IMG/VR virus record: IMGVR_UViG_3300046063_000017
Location: 1-31,626 of that record
Source: a virus
Lineage: Duplodnaviria; Caudoviricetes
DNA: 31,626 nucleotides
Direction: 5' to 3' (one strand)
Shown: in pieces, positions 9,819 to 17,536 of the stretch
Position numbering within the stretch: the stretch's first letter is position 1
Layout of the letters: every line of letters begins with the position of its first letter
The notes under the pieces: model-generated
What the model was told of the DNA's origin: nothing
Database searches by the model: none
The model's input: the letters and a program-made list of their open reading frames with translations, nothing else
Made by a program: the position numbers and the translations under genes

Positions 9819-10250
9819 CTATTCGTCGTCTGCGAAGACGCCTTCCGCCCGCTTCTGTAGGTGCGCCCGGTCCTGGACCTCGTCGAAGATCTCAGTCACA
9901 CCGCACCAATCGAGTGCCGCAGTTGCGAGTACCACCGTCTGCCATGGCGTTAGCTCGGCCCGGACCTCATCTAGCGGGTCCGGACGATCGATTATGACCT
10001 GGAGTGCTCGCTGGCAGAGAAGAACCGGTTCTTCTGCCGCCATTACGAGAGTGAAGGATTCGTCGAAGGACTGGGGTTCAGAGACTTTGAACGTGAAGCC
10101 AGCGTATTCTAACTCTGCTTCTCGGTGGTCAGGGAGGACCGAGAGATCCTGTGCCTCGTAGTCAACAGACCCCGTTCCGTTCGACGGCTCAGGATCTGGA
10201 GCGTGTTCCCGAGGGCCGCTAGTCGGTGTGATCGTTGGATCATCAGTCAC
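9819..10250 (-). CDS. Hypothetical protein, probable second tail assembly chaperone paralog
   Basis: GTG 10250 overlaps the upstream stop (GTGA). YEAQDLSVL...LEYAGFTFKVSEP resembles YEDQDLDSL...YTHRGVKFLLAPP of 11008-11922. Confidence 0.55.
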   Translation of the reverse strand: MTDDPTITPTSGPREHAPDPEPSNGTGSVDYEAQDLSVLPDHREAELEYAGFTFKVSEPQSFDESFTLVMAAEEPVLLCQRALQVIIDRPDPLDEVRAELTPWQTVVLATAALDWCGVTEIFDEVQDRAHLQKRAEGVFADDE

Positions 10251-10483
10251 TGTCCATCCTCCGGTTTCAGCGAATAGTTCATCGTGACGAAGGCCTCCAG
10301 ACATTCGACGGAGCAAAACCTTCGGCTGGTGGTGTTTGGGTGCTTCCCACCGGAGTCGGTTTCTTCGACGTGTTCGTCTTTGTCCGACGCCGGCTTCCAT
10401 AGGACCTTTATCTCTTCATCCCACGGCTGGTAAGCGGAGTTGTGGGGCCGCATTTCGGCACCGCATTTAAAGCACTCTTTCAC
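10247..10483 (-). CDS. Small zinc-finger protein (CxxC...FCSxxC)
   Basis: KECFKCG...RFCSVECL. GTG start overlaps the upstream TGA; an alternative start lies at 10492. Confidence 0.6.
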   Translation of the reverse strand: MKECFKCGAEMRPHNSAYQPWDEEIKVLWKPASDKDEHVEETDSGGKHPNTTSRRFCSVECLEAFVTMNYSLKPEDGQ

Positions 10484-10797
10484 TCCGACCACCCTTCATC
10501 TTTGTGAGGCGGGGTTGCTGGCGCATCGAAATCCAGTTCGGGACTCGCGGGTTCTTCGAGGCGCTCTATTGATGTGGTGCCTTTCTCCGCTACTGTCTGC
10601 TCCAAGTTCAGCTCGTCAGGATAGTTGAAGCGAAGGGGAAAGCCACCCACTTCATTAGCCATCATCGCAAGTGCTTCGCTCATCCCGCTTCCCTGTGCAA
10701 CGATTACTTCGTCGTTCACAGTCCGATACACTACGGCGGTTTTGGTGCCGTCCTTGTGAACAGACAGTTCCGCTATTCCATTGTGGTTTTTAATCAT
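10480..10797 (-). CDS. Hypothetical protein
   Basis: ATG 10797 (MIKNHNG...) overlaps the stop of the chaperone -1 frame; coupled to the downstream gene. Confidence 0.55.
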   Translation of the reverse strand: MIKNHNGIAELSVHKDGTKTAVVYRTVNDEVIVAQGSGMSEALAMMANEVGGFPLRFNYPDELNLEQTVAEKGTTSIERLEEPASPELDFDAPATPPHKDEGWSE

Positions 10798-11053
10798 ATC
10801 TGCTCCGTTCTTTTTGTTCTGCTCGCTTCCATTCCTCTGGGGCGCCACTCTGTTGGAACCGAGTCATGGATGAGTCCTGTCGACGGCGCTCGTTTTCTTT
10901 CTCGATCCGGTGGGACACTAATGCGGCCAGAGCCTCACGCTCTCGCCAATCCAACCCGAGTACATCTAACGGAGACAGCGCACCGTACCGCTTGGCGATT
11001 GCATCTGCTATCTGAGCGTCTCGGGATCGAGCCCATCCTTGCGCTCTCTCGTA
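10790..11053 (-). CDS. -1 frame extension of the tail assembly chaperone (gpGT-like), not in the ORF track
   Basis: Open frame YERAQGWARSRDAQIADAIAKRYGALSPLDVLGLDWREREALAALVSHRIEKENERRRQD...ERSRYD* (TAA 10792-10790). It has no start codon at its 5' end and overlaps the end of the chaperone gene. Confidence 0.7.
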   Translation of the reverse strand, partial: YERAQGWARSRDAQIADAIAKRYGALSPLDVLGLDWREREALAALVSHRIEKENERRRQDSSMTRFQQSGAPEEWKRAEQKERSRYD

Positions 11054-11922
11054 AACCCCGACACGATATCCTGTAGGTAGTTTGCTGTCGCTGTTACAAG
11101 CGCGTTCTGGGTGCCATCAGGCCACTCCTCCCACTGGCTGTCGGAGATCTCTGGCGCACGCACGACGCGCTGGACGACCTCTTGCAACATCCGGTCGACA
11201 GTTTCCCGTTCGTGATCAGAGATTTCTTCGCCGTTCTGGAGCTTTTGCATGGCCCCCTGCATCTTCTGAAACTCCTCGCGAGCGTCGGTGGATTCAGTAG
11301 AGTCAGAGGCCGTCGTCGGAGGGGCTAGCAGAAACTTCACGCCCCGGTGAGTGTACTCGAACGCATCTGGCGTTTCCGAGAGCGAATCGAGATCCTGGTC
11401 TTCGTACTCGGCTAGCGGGTCTTCCGCACTTTCGGATTTACCTGCCTCCTCTCGGATGGCCTCTGCGTCTTCTGCTGCGGAGTTGAGGGCTTCTAGGCCC
11501 TCGTCCACATCTTCCTCGGGGACTTTGTCTTCTCCGTTCGTGGCAGCGTCTACGGCCGATTCCTCCGACGACACGTCCGTATCGCTGTCCTTAAACTTCG
11601 CTGCGTTCTCCTCGCTAAGCGAGTTGAGGAATTCTTCCGACGGTTCAGACGACGGCCGATCAGACTCGTCCGCAGCCGTCTGGATATCGTCGACAGACAT
11701 TCCCTCGGGGAGATCGTCGTCAGTGATGATCTTTCGCCCTCCCGAGGCAGCTTCCGTCTCCGCACTCTTCTGAACGCGGGGGTCGGCGGCATTACCGGCC
11801 GGCTCACCACCCCGTACATCTTCGCTGTCGGCGCTCTGGTCCGTAGCGTGCTGCGGGCGGCTATGCGATTCAACGAACAATTCCTCATCGTCGGCATCCG
11901 ATTCAGAGGGGTTTCCAGACAT
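11008..11922 (-). CDS. Tail assembly chaperone with long acidic N-terminus
   Basis: Directly after the tube gene, acidic, and overlapped by a -1 frame as in G/GT chaperone pairs. Confidence 0.7.
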   Translation of the reverse strand: MSGNPSESDADDEELFVESHSRPQHATDQSADSEDVRGGEPAGNAADPRVQKSAETEAASGGRKIITDDDLPEGMSVDDIQTAADESDRPSSEPSEEFLNSLSEENAAKFKDSDTDVSSEESAVDAATNGEDKVPEEDVDEGLEALNSAAEDAEAIREEAGKSESAEDPLAEYEDQDLDSLSETPDAFEYTHRGVKFLLAPPTTASDSTESTDAREEFQKMQGAMQKLQNGEEISDHERETVDRMLQEVVQRVVRAPEISDSQWEEWPDGTQNALVTATANYLQDIVSGFTRERKDGLDPETLR

Positions 11923-11972
11923 CGTTTTGTGTTATGAAAGCGGCACTGCGGTGCGCTGTGAAGCGCGTACTG

Positions 11973-11978
11973 AAAAAA
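11973..11978 (-). terminator. Possible oligo-U terminator after the tail tube gene
   Basis: T6 run on the minus strand about 50 nt after the tube stop; archaeal terminators are often U-tracts. Confidence 0.35.
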
Positions 11979-12026
11979 CAGGGATTGGTCTCGCGTCCGT
12001 GCGACTCTCCGAGTTATATCACCAGA

Positions 12027-12437
12027 CTAACGGATGTCAAACCCAGCGAAATCGAAGGAAATCGCTGGCATACTGTCGATCTCCACGGCGTCACGGGAGA
12101 ACGACTGAATCCGGCATCCGATCAGCGCAGAGCCCGATTCACCGGAGTCATCGGACGGGGAGAACGTTACGTCGAAGGTCTGCGAGTTCGCCCACAGCGA
12201 CTTGAGACTGTCGATGTTGGGGCTCGTCGCGTGGACCGCGCCGGTGCCTTCGACGCGGGGGACGTTGTCGACCCAGATGCCCGTACCGCCGAGGGCGTTC
12301 TCTTGGCCGTGGCCCTTGTCTCCGGAAATCTCGATCTGTGCTGCATCCACGAGAGTGACCGAGCCGATCGTGAGTTCGGCAGTTCTCGGGTTATACTCCT
12401 TGACGTTGGGGACAGGATCCCCAGATAGAGCAGCCAT
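12027..12437 (-). CDS. Tail tube protein
   Basis: 136 aa after the sheath, with KEYNPRTAELTIG...TSPNIDSLKSL. Typical myovirus tube size and pattern. Confidence 0.75.
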   Translation of the reverse strand: MAALSGDPVPNVKEYNPRTAELTIGSVTLVDAAQIEISGDKGHGQENALGGTGIWVDNVPRVEGTGAVHATSPNIDSLKSLWANSQTFDVTFSPSDDSGESGSALIGCRIQSFSRDAVEIDSMPAISFDFAGFDIR

Positions 12438-12512
12438 AGTAGAAGCGACCGCATTGATAGACCGCAGGCGTTCTCAACCGGGGAGGCCGGCGATTCTCGC
12501 GTCAGTCTCGGC

Positions 12513-14093
12513 TTACGCCGTCTGCGTAGTGTCGGGGCTACGGGTCCGAGTCTGGATATCCAGCTCGAACCGATGGACGCTTCCGTTGATCCGGTAAGTG
12601 ATATCGATGACTCCCCAGATACGATTGTCACGTCGGGTAGCGTCGATCTCGTCGGCCGGAGGAACGTTGATCTGGAGGTTCGAGTACGGACCAGACCGGT
12701 TGGCTGCCTTCGGCTTGAGGAGCTGCTTGGACCTCAGAGACGTCTTGTCCGTGGCCGTCGTGATGTCCGAATCGGTTTCGGAATCCGAGTCCGAGTCCGA
12801 GCCCGAGCCCGAGCCCGAGTCCGAATCCGAATCTGACCCCGACGTGGATTCTGTCGTCGAGTTGGGGTCGTACACACCCACCGTATTGTACCTTTCGAGG
12901 GTGTTCAGGAGCTCGTTGTGGATCATCACCCGCCCGCGCTTATTGAACGGGATCTGGGTATCGAGGCTGAGCGACACCAGCGCCGCGGTCGCCTTCTCCT
13001 CGACGAACGACTCCGTCCGACGCACGTCGAGATACCTGTATTCCGAACTGGCTCCGAGAGTCGTCAGATCATTGCTGAGGACCCACGTTCCCTGCACGTT
13101 TTCGAGAACGTTCATGGGTCCGACGTGCTCGGAGTTCGCCGTAGACATCCCGCCCTCGAACGTGTCTGACGTTTCGGGGTCGCCGATCATGGCGGTGTTG
13201 AAGCCCCCGTTGACACTCAGGCCCGAGAACCCACGGCCTTCCATGCTCGGGTCTTCCCAGACGCGCTGAGTGACGAGCAGACCAGCGATGTAGGCCGCAA
13301 GATCGTCAGAGGTCTTGTGGGCGGTGAAGGACACGTCCGCGCTCGGGACGTATCCAGCGATCTGGTGCATATCCTTCCGGTAGTCCCGATCAGAGGAATA
13401 GTCCGCCGCGTTGGCACCCACGAACGGGACGTGGATTCCGTTGCCACTGGCCCAGGCCGTCAGTTCGTCAGCGTCCCCGATTCCCGACTTGTTGAGCCGA
13501 GCGTTCGAGAGGGTAGCAACGTCCACTTCGTCTTGGTTGAGTTGGTCGAACGCGGGCGTCCAGTCGGTGTAAGTATAAGAGACCTGGATACCAGAACCGG
13601 TGCCCGAGGATGAGGTCCCCGTCACGACCTCTCCCGTGTCAGTGTTGACGTGTGCTTCCTCTGTACCCGGCGTGGTGTCGGAGTCCGGGGGAGATTCGGT
13701 CACGTAGATGACCGTCATACTCGTCCCGTCGACCGAGACAGTCACGTCAGCAGACTCCGAGATCGGAGTGTTAGATACCGTTCCGGAGCTGACACTCGTG
13801 GTGTCGGAATCGCCGAGAACTTCGTCGGTCACCGACGTGATCTCGGGAGCCAAGATCGTGTAGTAGGCTGCCCCCATGGCGTCGAGGGCCTGTGCGGAGA
13901 CGTGGGCATCACTGCCATCCCCGAAGTCGACCAATACGTCCTGTGCAGAGTCGTATCGGATCGGTTGGTTGAACGATGCGTCCCCTGGGGGTGCAGTCTC
14001 CATCGGACTGAAGATCACCACGTCGTTGAACGTCTCCCGCGGTACGGAGGCCGTGGTAGTAGACGTATTGATAGATACGCGAGGCGAAGGCAT
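12513..14093 (-). CDS. Contractile tail sheath protein
   Basis: RVSINT...RYDSAQDVLVDFG.GSDA at the N-terminus, YLDVRRT...IPFNKRGRVMI, and C-terminal RRDNR...ITYRINGSVHRFEL are sheath hallmarks. Confidence 0.85.
   Translation of the reverse strand: MPSPRVSINTSTTTASVPRETFNDVVIFSPMETAPPGDASFNQPIRYDSAQDVLVDFGDGSDAHVSAQALDAMGAAYYTILAPEITSVTDEVLGDSDTTSVSSGTVSNTPISESADVTVSVDGTSMTVIYVTESPPDSDTTPGTEEAHVNTDTGEVVTGTSSSGTGSGIQVSYTYTDWTPAFDQLNQDEVDVATLSNARLNKSGIGDADELTAWASGNGIHVPFVGANAADYSSDRDYRKDMHQIAGYVPSADVSFTAHKTSDDLAAYIAGLLVTQRVWEDPSMEGRGFSGLSVNGGFNTAMIGDPETSDTFEGGMSTANSEHVGPMNVLENVQGTWVLSNDLTTLGASSEYRYLDVRRTESFVEEKATAALVSLSLDTQIPFNKRGRVMIHNELLNTLERYNTVGVYDPNSTTESTSGSDSDSDSGSGSGSDSDSDSETDSDITTATDKTSLRSKQLLKPKAANRSGPYSNLQINVPPADEIDATRRDNRIWGVIDITYRINGSVHRFELDIQTRTRSPDTTQTA
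12767..12838. repeat. Hexamer tandem repeat (TCCGAG/CCCGAG-type) encoding a Ser-Asp/Ser-Gly tract in the sheath
   Basis: gaatccgagtccgagtccgagcccgagcccgagcccgagtccgaatccgaatc; protein SGSDSDSDSGSGSGSDSDSDSETDSD. Confidence 0.85.
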
Positions 14094-14109
14094 AGAGAGT
14101 GGTTAGGTA

Positions 14110-14460
14110 TGGTCTGCTCAGATTGCAGATGGGGTGGGCGAGCAACAACCACCCTTCTCGGAGTGCAATTCTGTGGGTCTCCGAAGATAGAGCATTGTTT
14201 CTTCGGGTCCACAACCGCCGGGATCGCAAATGAAGGGCACTTCCATGCACCCGTCAGGAGTTGAACCTGATAAGGGGCAACCTGCCCTCCAAGCGGATGC
14301 CCCACACCTCTCTATCAGAGGAGATCTATCGAGTGCAATATGGCCTCCAAATAGAGGCACAGCCCACGCCCGGCACGACCGGGCAGGCGGCGCTACCGCG
14401 TAGGCTTCTCGCAACCACTGTCGAGTAAACAGGTTGCCCCGTACGAAACGAGTGGCTGAC
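14110..14460 (-). ncRNA. Candidate ~350-nt highly structured RNA containing a tRNA-like domain
   Basis: Intergenic gap in a tightly packed operon with at least 10 helices, e.g. 14451-58/14412-19, 14379-84/14368-73, 14354-58/14343-47, 14200-06/14181-87, 14149-54/14132-37. G-U wobbles favour the minus strand. Confidence 0.65.
14246..14336 (-). other. 91-nt tRNA-like element (acceptor stem plus T-arm, non-canonical D and anticodon region)
   Basis: GCACTCG...CGGGTGC-A acceptor (7 bp) and TCAGG-TTCAACT-CCTGA T-arm. The interior has two hairpins but no canonical anticodon arm. Confidence 0.7.
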
Positions 14461-14462
14461 CG

Positions 14463-15116
14463 TCAGAAACGGACCTCGATCCGTTTCGGTTCAGCGTGCT
14501 GGCTGGCTTTGAGATCGATATCGAGTCCAGCCACCGTTTCGATCTCGTCGACGTACGTGAGGCTATAGTTCAACCGAAGCGAGATCGAGTATCTAACAAC
14601 GTCTTCGTCGCCCACATAGCCACTTACGTCCGTTGCAGACCCGATGTGCTGTCGGGGAATCTCGACGCGTACGTCGGTCGAATCTACAAGAGAGTCATCC
14701 GCTAGCTCATTCGGGAATTCGTACCGGAGATACCGTTCTAGCGGCGGTATGAACTGACTGGCCCGCTCGCCCGGTGACGTGTTCGTGATCTCGTGATTCC
14801 CTTTGATTACAGTGGTGAGATTGAGGGTGTCATAGACGGGCGTCCCATACACTTCCTCAACCGTCGTCGAAGTGCCGTCTCGGATCTCGCGTGGCCCTAA
14901 CGAGAGCTCGTCTGGATCCCGTACCACACCGGTCGGATCCAAATTCGCCATCAGCAGATGATAGACCTGCTGATCGGGTTCAGTGCCTTCGTTCTTCCAC
15001 TTCTGCGTGATCTCAAACCGTCCTTCCTGGGTTGTACCAGAGTCGTCGGTATAGGTGAGATCAAATGCGTCCGGGAGGGCGTCGAAAACCCGGTTCTGAG
15101 TTGAATATGGGATCAC
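14463..15116 (-). CDS. Tail completion/terminator protein
   Basis: 217 aa, the last neck gene before the sheath. Function inferred from synteny. Confidence 0.55.
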   Translation of the reverse strand: MIPYSTQNRVFDALPDAFDLTYTDDSGTTQEGRFEITQKWKNEGTEPDQQVYHLLMANLDPTGVVRDPDELSLGPREIRDGTSTTVEEVYGTPVYDTLNLTTVIKGNHEITNTSPGERASQFIPPLERYLRYEFPNELADDSLVDSTDVRVEIPRQHIGSATDVSGYVGDEDVVRYSISLRLNYSLTYVDEIETVAGLDIDLKASQHAEPKRIEVRF

Positions 15117-15128
15117 CAGCGAATACCT

Positions 15129-15548
15129 CTAGAGTTCCGTGAACCCGTCGTCGCCCGTTTCACCGCCACCAGCGTCATCTCCGGACGACCGCGGATCAGA
15201 TTCGGCTTCGACCAGCACGTACCGGAGGATGTTTTCTGTCCGGCCATGCTGTGGCCGCGTTAGCTTCAACGGCTCTCCCGTTCCGTCCGGGTGGGCCGCG
15301 TCGATTAGCACACCTCCCGTCTCTACATCCGACTTCTTCAGAAAGAACCCGACACAGCGATAGTGTTCTGATTCCCCGATAGAGAGGTTCTCACGTTCAG
15401 AATCGTCGTCTCGGAGAAGAGCAAGCACATCACGGGGCGAATCCGAGAACTCGTATTCGGTTCGACCATCCGAGTCGGTGTCGTCGTTTGAGACCAGATC
15501 GTAGAACTCGTGATTCCTCCCGAACTCTTGAATAACGTCCTCTAACAT
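15129..15548 (-). CDS. Head closure / neck protein
   Basis: 139 aa, beta-rich, in the neck cluster. Function inferred from synteny. Confidence 0.45.
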   Translation of the reverse strand: MLEDVIQEFGRNHEFYDLVSNDDTDSDGRTEYEFSDSPRDVLALLRDDDSERENLSIGESEHYRCVGFFLKKSDVETGGVLIDAAHPDGTGEPLKLTRPQHGRTENILRYVLVEAESDPRSSGDDAGGGETGDDGFTEL

Positions 15549-15566
15549 TTCCTCGGGAATCGTCCG

Positions 15567-16013
15567 TCAAATCGTGAGCGCGTCGATCAGCCGGCCAACC
15601 TGTTCCGTAGTCGAATCACGGAGTCGTCCACGGAGATATCGTGCCGTGGGCCTCATGACTGGACGAGCCGGGAGATTCTGTTCCGGAACACCGTATTCGT
15701 GTAGCGCCAGCAGTTCCTCGCTACGTTTGGTTGTCGGGCCGATCGCTGCGAGATTGGCATCACGGTCGATAGCCAACTCAATTTTCGACTTCATACGACC
15801 GGTATCGACGAGAATTCGATCGTTGCCTTTCTGCTCGATCGTGGTCGGGCTAAGAGGTTGCCACGGATCTCCGGTCGCGTCCTTTCCCTGAGACCAGTTT
15901 TCTTGCTGTTGCTCGTATCCGTCCCTCGCGGTCTCTGCGACCGCCTCGCCGGCTGCTTTAGAGAGTCCGTCGATGAGATCTGGAATGGAGTTCTCGTCAC
16001 GGACGTATCCCAT
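15567..16013 (-). CDS. Virion morphogenesis protein (Mu gpG / P2 gpS-like)
   Basis: GDPWQPLSPTT...RILVDTGRMKSKI...LHEYG....LPARPVM are the family motifs. Confidence 0.8.
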   Translation of the reverse strand: MGYVRDENSIPDLIDGLSKAAGEAVAETARDGYEQQQENWSQGKDATGDPWQPLSPTTIEQKGNDRILVDTGRMKSKIELAIDRDANLAAIGPTTKRSEELLALHEYGVPEQNLPARPVMRPTARYLRGRLRDSTTEQVGRLIDALTI

Positions 16014-16015
16014 CG

Positions 16016-16570
16016 CTATTCGATCTCGGAGGGGTCGACCTCGCGGACGATCGTTGCGCGTCCATTCTCGATGGCGTCGACCACGGGCGTAGTTAGTTCA
16101 ACCGTCACCTGTGTGCCCGGTTTGTCGATCCAGAGGCCAGGTGCGACGTACTCGTAGTGGCACCGAATAATGGCGTACTGCGTTGCATCCTCGGTTGACC
16201 CACTACCGTCGTCGTCGCCGTCGTCGTCGGAGGTCTGTGCGTCGAACGTCTTGGCCTTGGGTGTCTGAATGTCTAGATTGTCTCCCGACTCGGCGTCCAC
16301 GGTCGCAGTCGCAGTCGCGGTCGCGTCCGGGCTAGACGACTCCGCCGCTGCGTCCTCGTTAGGGTCGTCGACGATTTCTGCGCTCCCGCTGATTTGGGAC
16401 GCACGCTCCGGGCCGATCCCTTCGATCTGTTCGAGGTCTGCGGGGGTTGCTTCGCTCACGTCGTCGCGGGTTTCGTAACCCGCCTCACGAAGCCGATCAG
16501 CGTAGTCAGGGCCGATTCCAGTGATAGCCTGTAGCGATTCGTCTTGCGTGTCTGTTTCTGAATCGGACAT
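16016..16570 (-). CDS. Helix-hairpin-helix domain protein
   Basis: LQAITGIGPDYADRLREAGY...LEQIEGIGPERASQI (tandem HhH), an acidic linker and a ~50-aa C-terminal domain. ATG at 16570. Confidence 0.8.
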   Translation of the reverse strand: MSDSETDTQDESLQAITGIGPDYADRLREAGYETRDDVSEATPADLEQIEGIGPERASQISGSAEIVDDPNEDAAAESSSPDATATATATVDAESGDNLDIQTPKAKTFDAQTSDDDGDDDGSGSTEDATQYAIIRCHYEYVAPGLWIDKPGTQVTVELTTPVVDAIENGRATIVREVDPSEIE

Positions 16571-16642
16571 TGGTAGGTTTCTATTGATGGAGTGCTGCAC
16601 CGGTCGCGTTTCGGTTCAGAAGTATCACCCACGACTCCGGCA

Positions 16643-17035
16643 TCAGCGGCCGGATCGACGTGATTTCGTTCCTCTCCGGTCTCCGAGAGTGTGGAGATCG
16701 GGAACCGAGGTGTTCGACAGATCCGAAACTGCTTTTTCCCGCGCAATTTCTAATGAATCTATCCAGTCTGATACGTCGACAGATTTCTCGAGGTCGAGAG
16801 CCGATTTCTCGGATACGAACAGATCGCGGTTACCCGACGCAACCCGGTATGCAGCGATATCGATCACTGCAACGGCCAGCCTATCAGAAGAAATATCGTC
16901 GTCTGCCTCCGCACCCGCGATGACTTCAGCGTTGTCGATCGCCTGCTGTATTACATCATCTGCGACGACTGTCTGCGGAACATCGTTGAGTGCGTTCCGA
17001 ACGTCCTGTACGGAAACATTAGTTGATATTGTCAT
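16643..17035 (-). CDS. Head-tail adaptor
   Basis: SVQDVRNAL...DDVIQQAIDNAEV...VIDIAAYRV is a gp15/gp6-like helical pattern; position after the capsid genes. Confidence 0.65.
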   Translation of the reverse strand: MTISTNVSVQDVRNALNDVPQTVVADDVIQQAIDNAEVIAGAEADDDISSDRLAVAVIDIAAYRVASGNRDLFVSEKSALDLEKSVDVSDWIDSLEIAREKAVSDLSNTSVPDLHTLGDRRGTKSRRSGR

Positions 17036-17060
17036 CTGAGCGCGGTGCAGATCGGAGGCG

Positions 17061-17486
17061 TTACTTCGATCGTTCCTCGTCGAGAGCGTCGAGTGCTGTG
17101 GATCGGTTCTTGTTTTCCTTTTCGTACTCGATGGCAGCCTCGATCTCGTCCGAAGTGCGGCCGTCCTCCGTGGCCCACTCCTTCACGTCGTCGACCGAGA
17201 ACTCGTCGTAGTTATCCAGAATGGCCGCGGATTCCTCGCCGGACTCGGCCTCTGCTTCAACTTTAGAGTTCGTGTCAGCGGCGTCTTCGTCGCCATTACC
17301 TTCCTCGTCGCTGGACTCGCTGTCTGCCGACGCGTCCTCCGACTCGGCGTCCGTCTCGGTCTTTTCGAGATTGTCACCGAACGCTTCGAGAACAGCATCC
17401 GAGGGTTCGATGATCTCGCCGACCTCGTGGCTGCCGTCTGAGTGATATATCGGACTGTGCTTGACGCGGTAAAGATCGTCTGTCAT
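17061..17486 (-). CDS. Acidic capsid-associated accessory protein
   Basis: Small N-terminal domain, acidic linker and C-terminal YDEFSVDDV...IEYEKENKNRSTAL helical module; directly follows the MCP gene. Confidence 0.6.
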   Translation of the reverse strand: MTDDLYRVKHSPIYHSDGSHEVGEIIEPSDAVLEAFGDNLEKTETDAESEDASADSESSDEEGNGDEDAADTNSKVEAEAESGEESAAILDNYDEFSVDDVKEWATEDGRTSDEIEAAIEYEKENKNRSTALDALDEERSK

Positions 17487-17536
17487 GTATGAGAGTAAGT
17501 GTGTGAAGTTGTGTTAGAGAGGTGGTACGAGAGCCG

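Noticed and set aside
11985-12503. GACGCGAGA repeated after the sheath and tube stop codons
   Set aside because: Only 9 bp in GC-rich DNA at different spacing from the stops; compatible with chance.
14246-14336. Canonical tRNA (Pro-TGG, Ser-GGA or Sec-like) or intron-containing tRNA
   Set aside because: No proper D-arm with GG loop, no 5-bp/7-nt anticodon arm and no clear bulge-helix-bulge. Kept only as tRNA-like.
13909-14414. Short minus-strand ORFs in the sheath upstream gap
   Set aside because: Cys/Arg/Pro-rich and not acidic, unlike the real genes here; better explained by RNA structure.
14110-14460. Group I/II intron or HDV-like ribozyme
   Set aside because: Flanking genes look complete, and I could not find the catalytic core motifs by eye.
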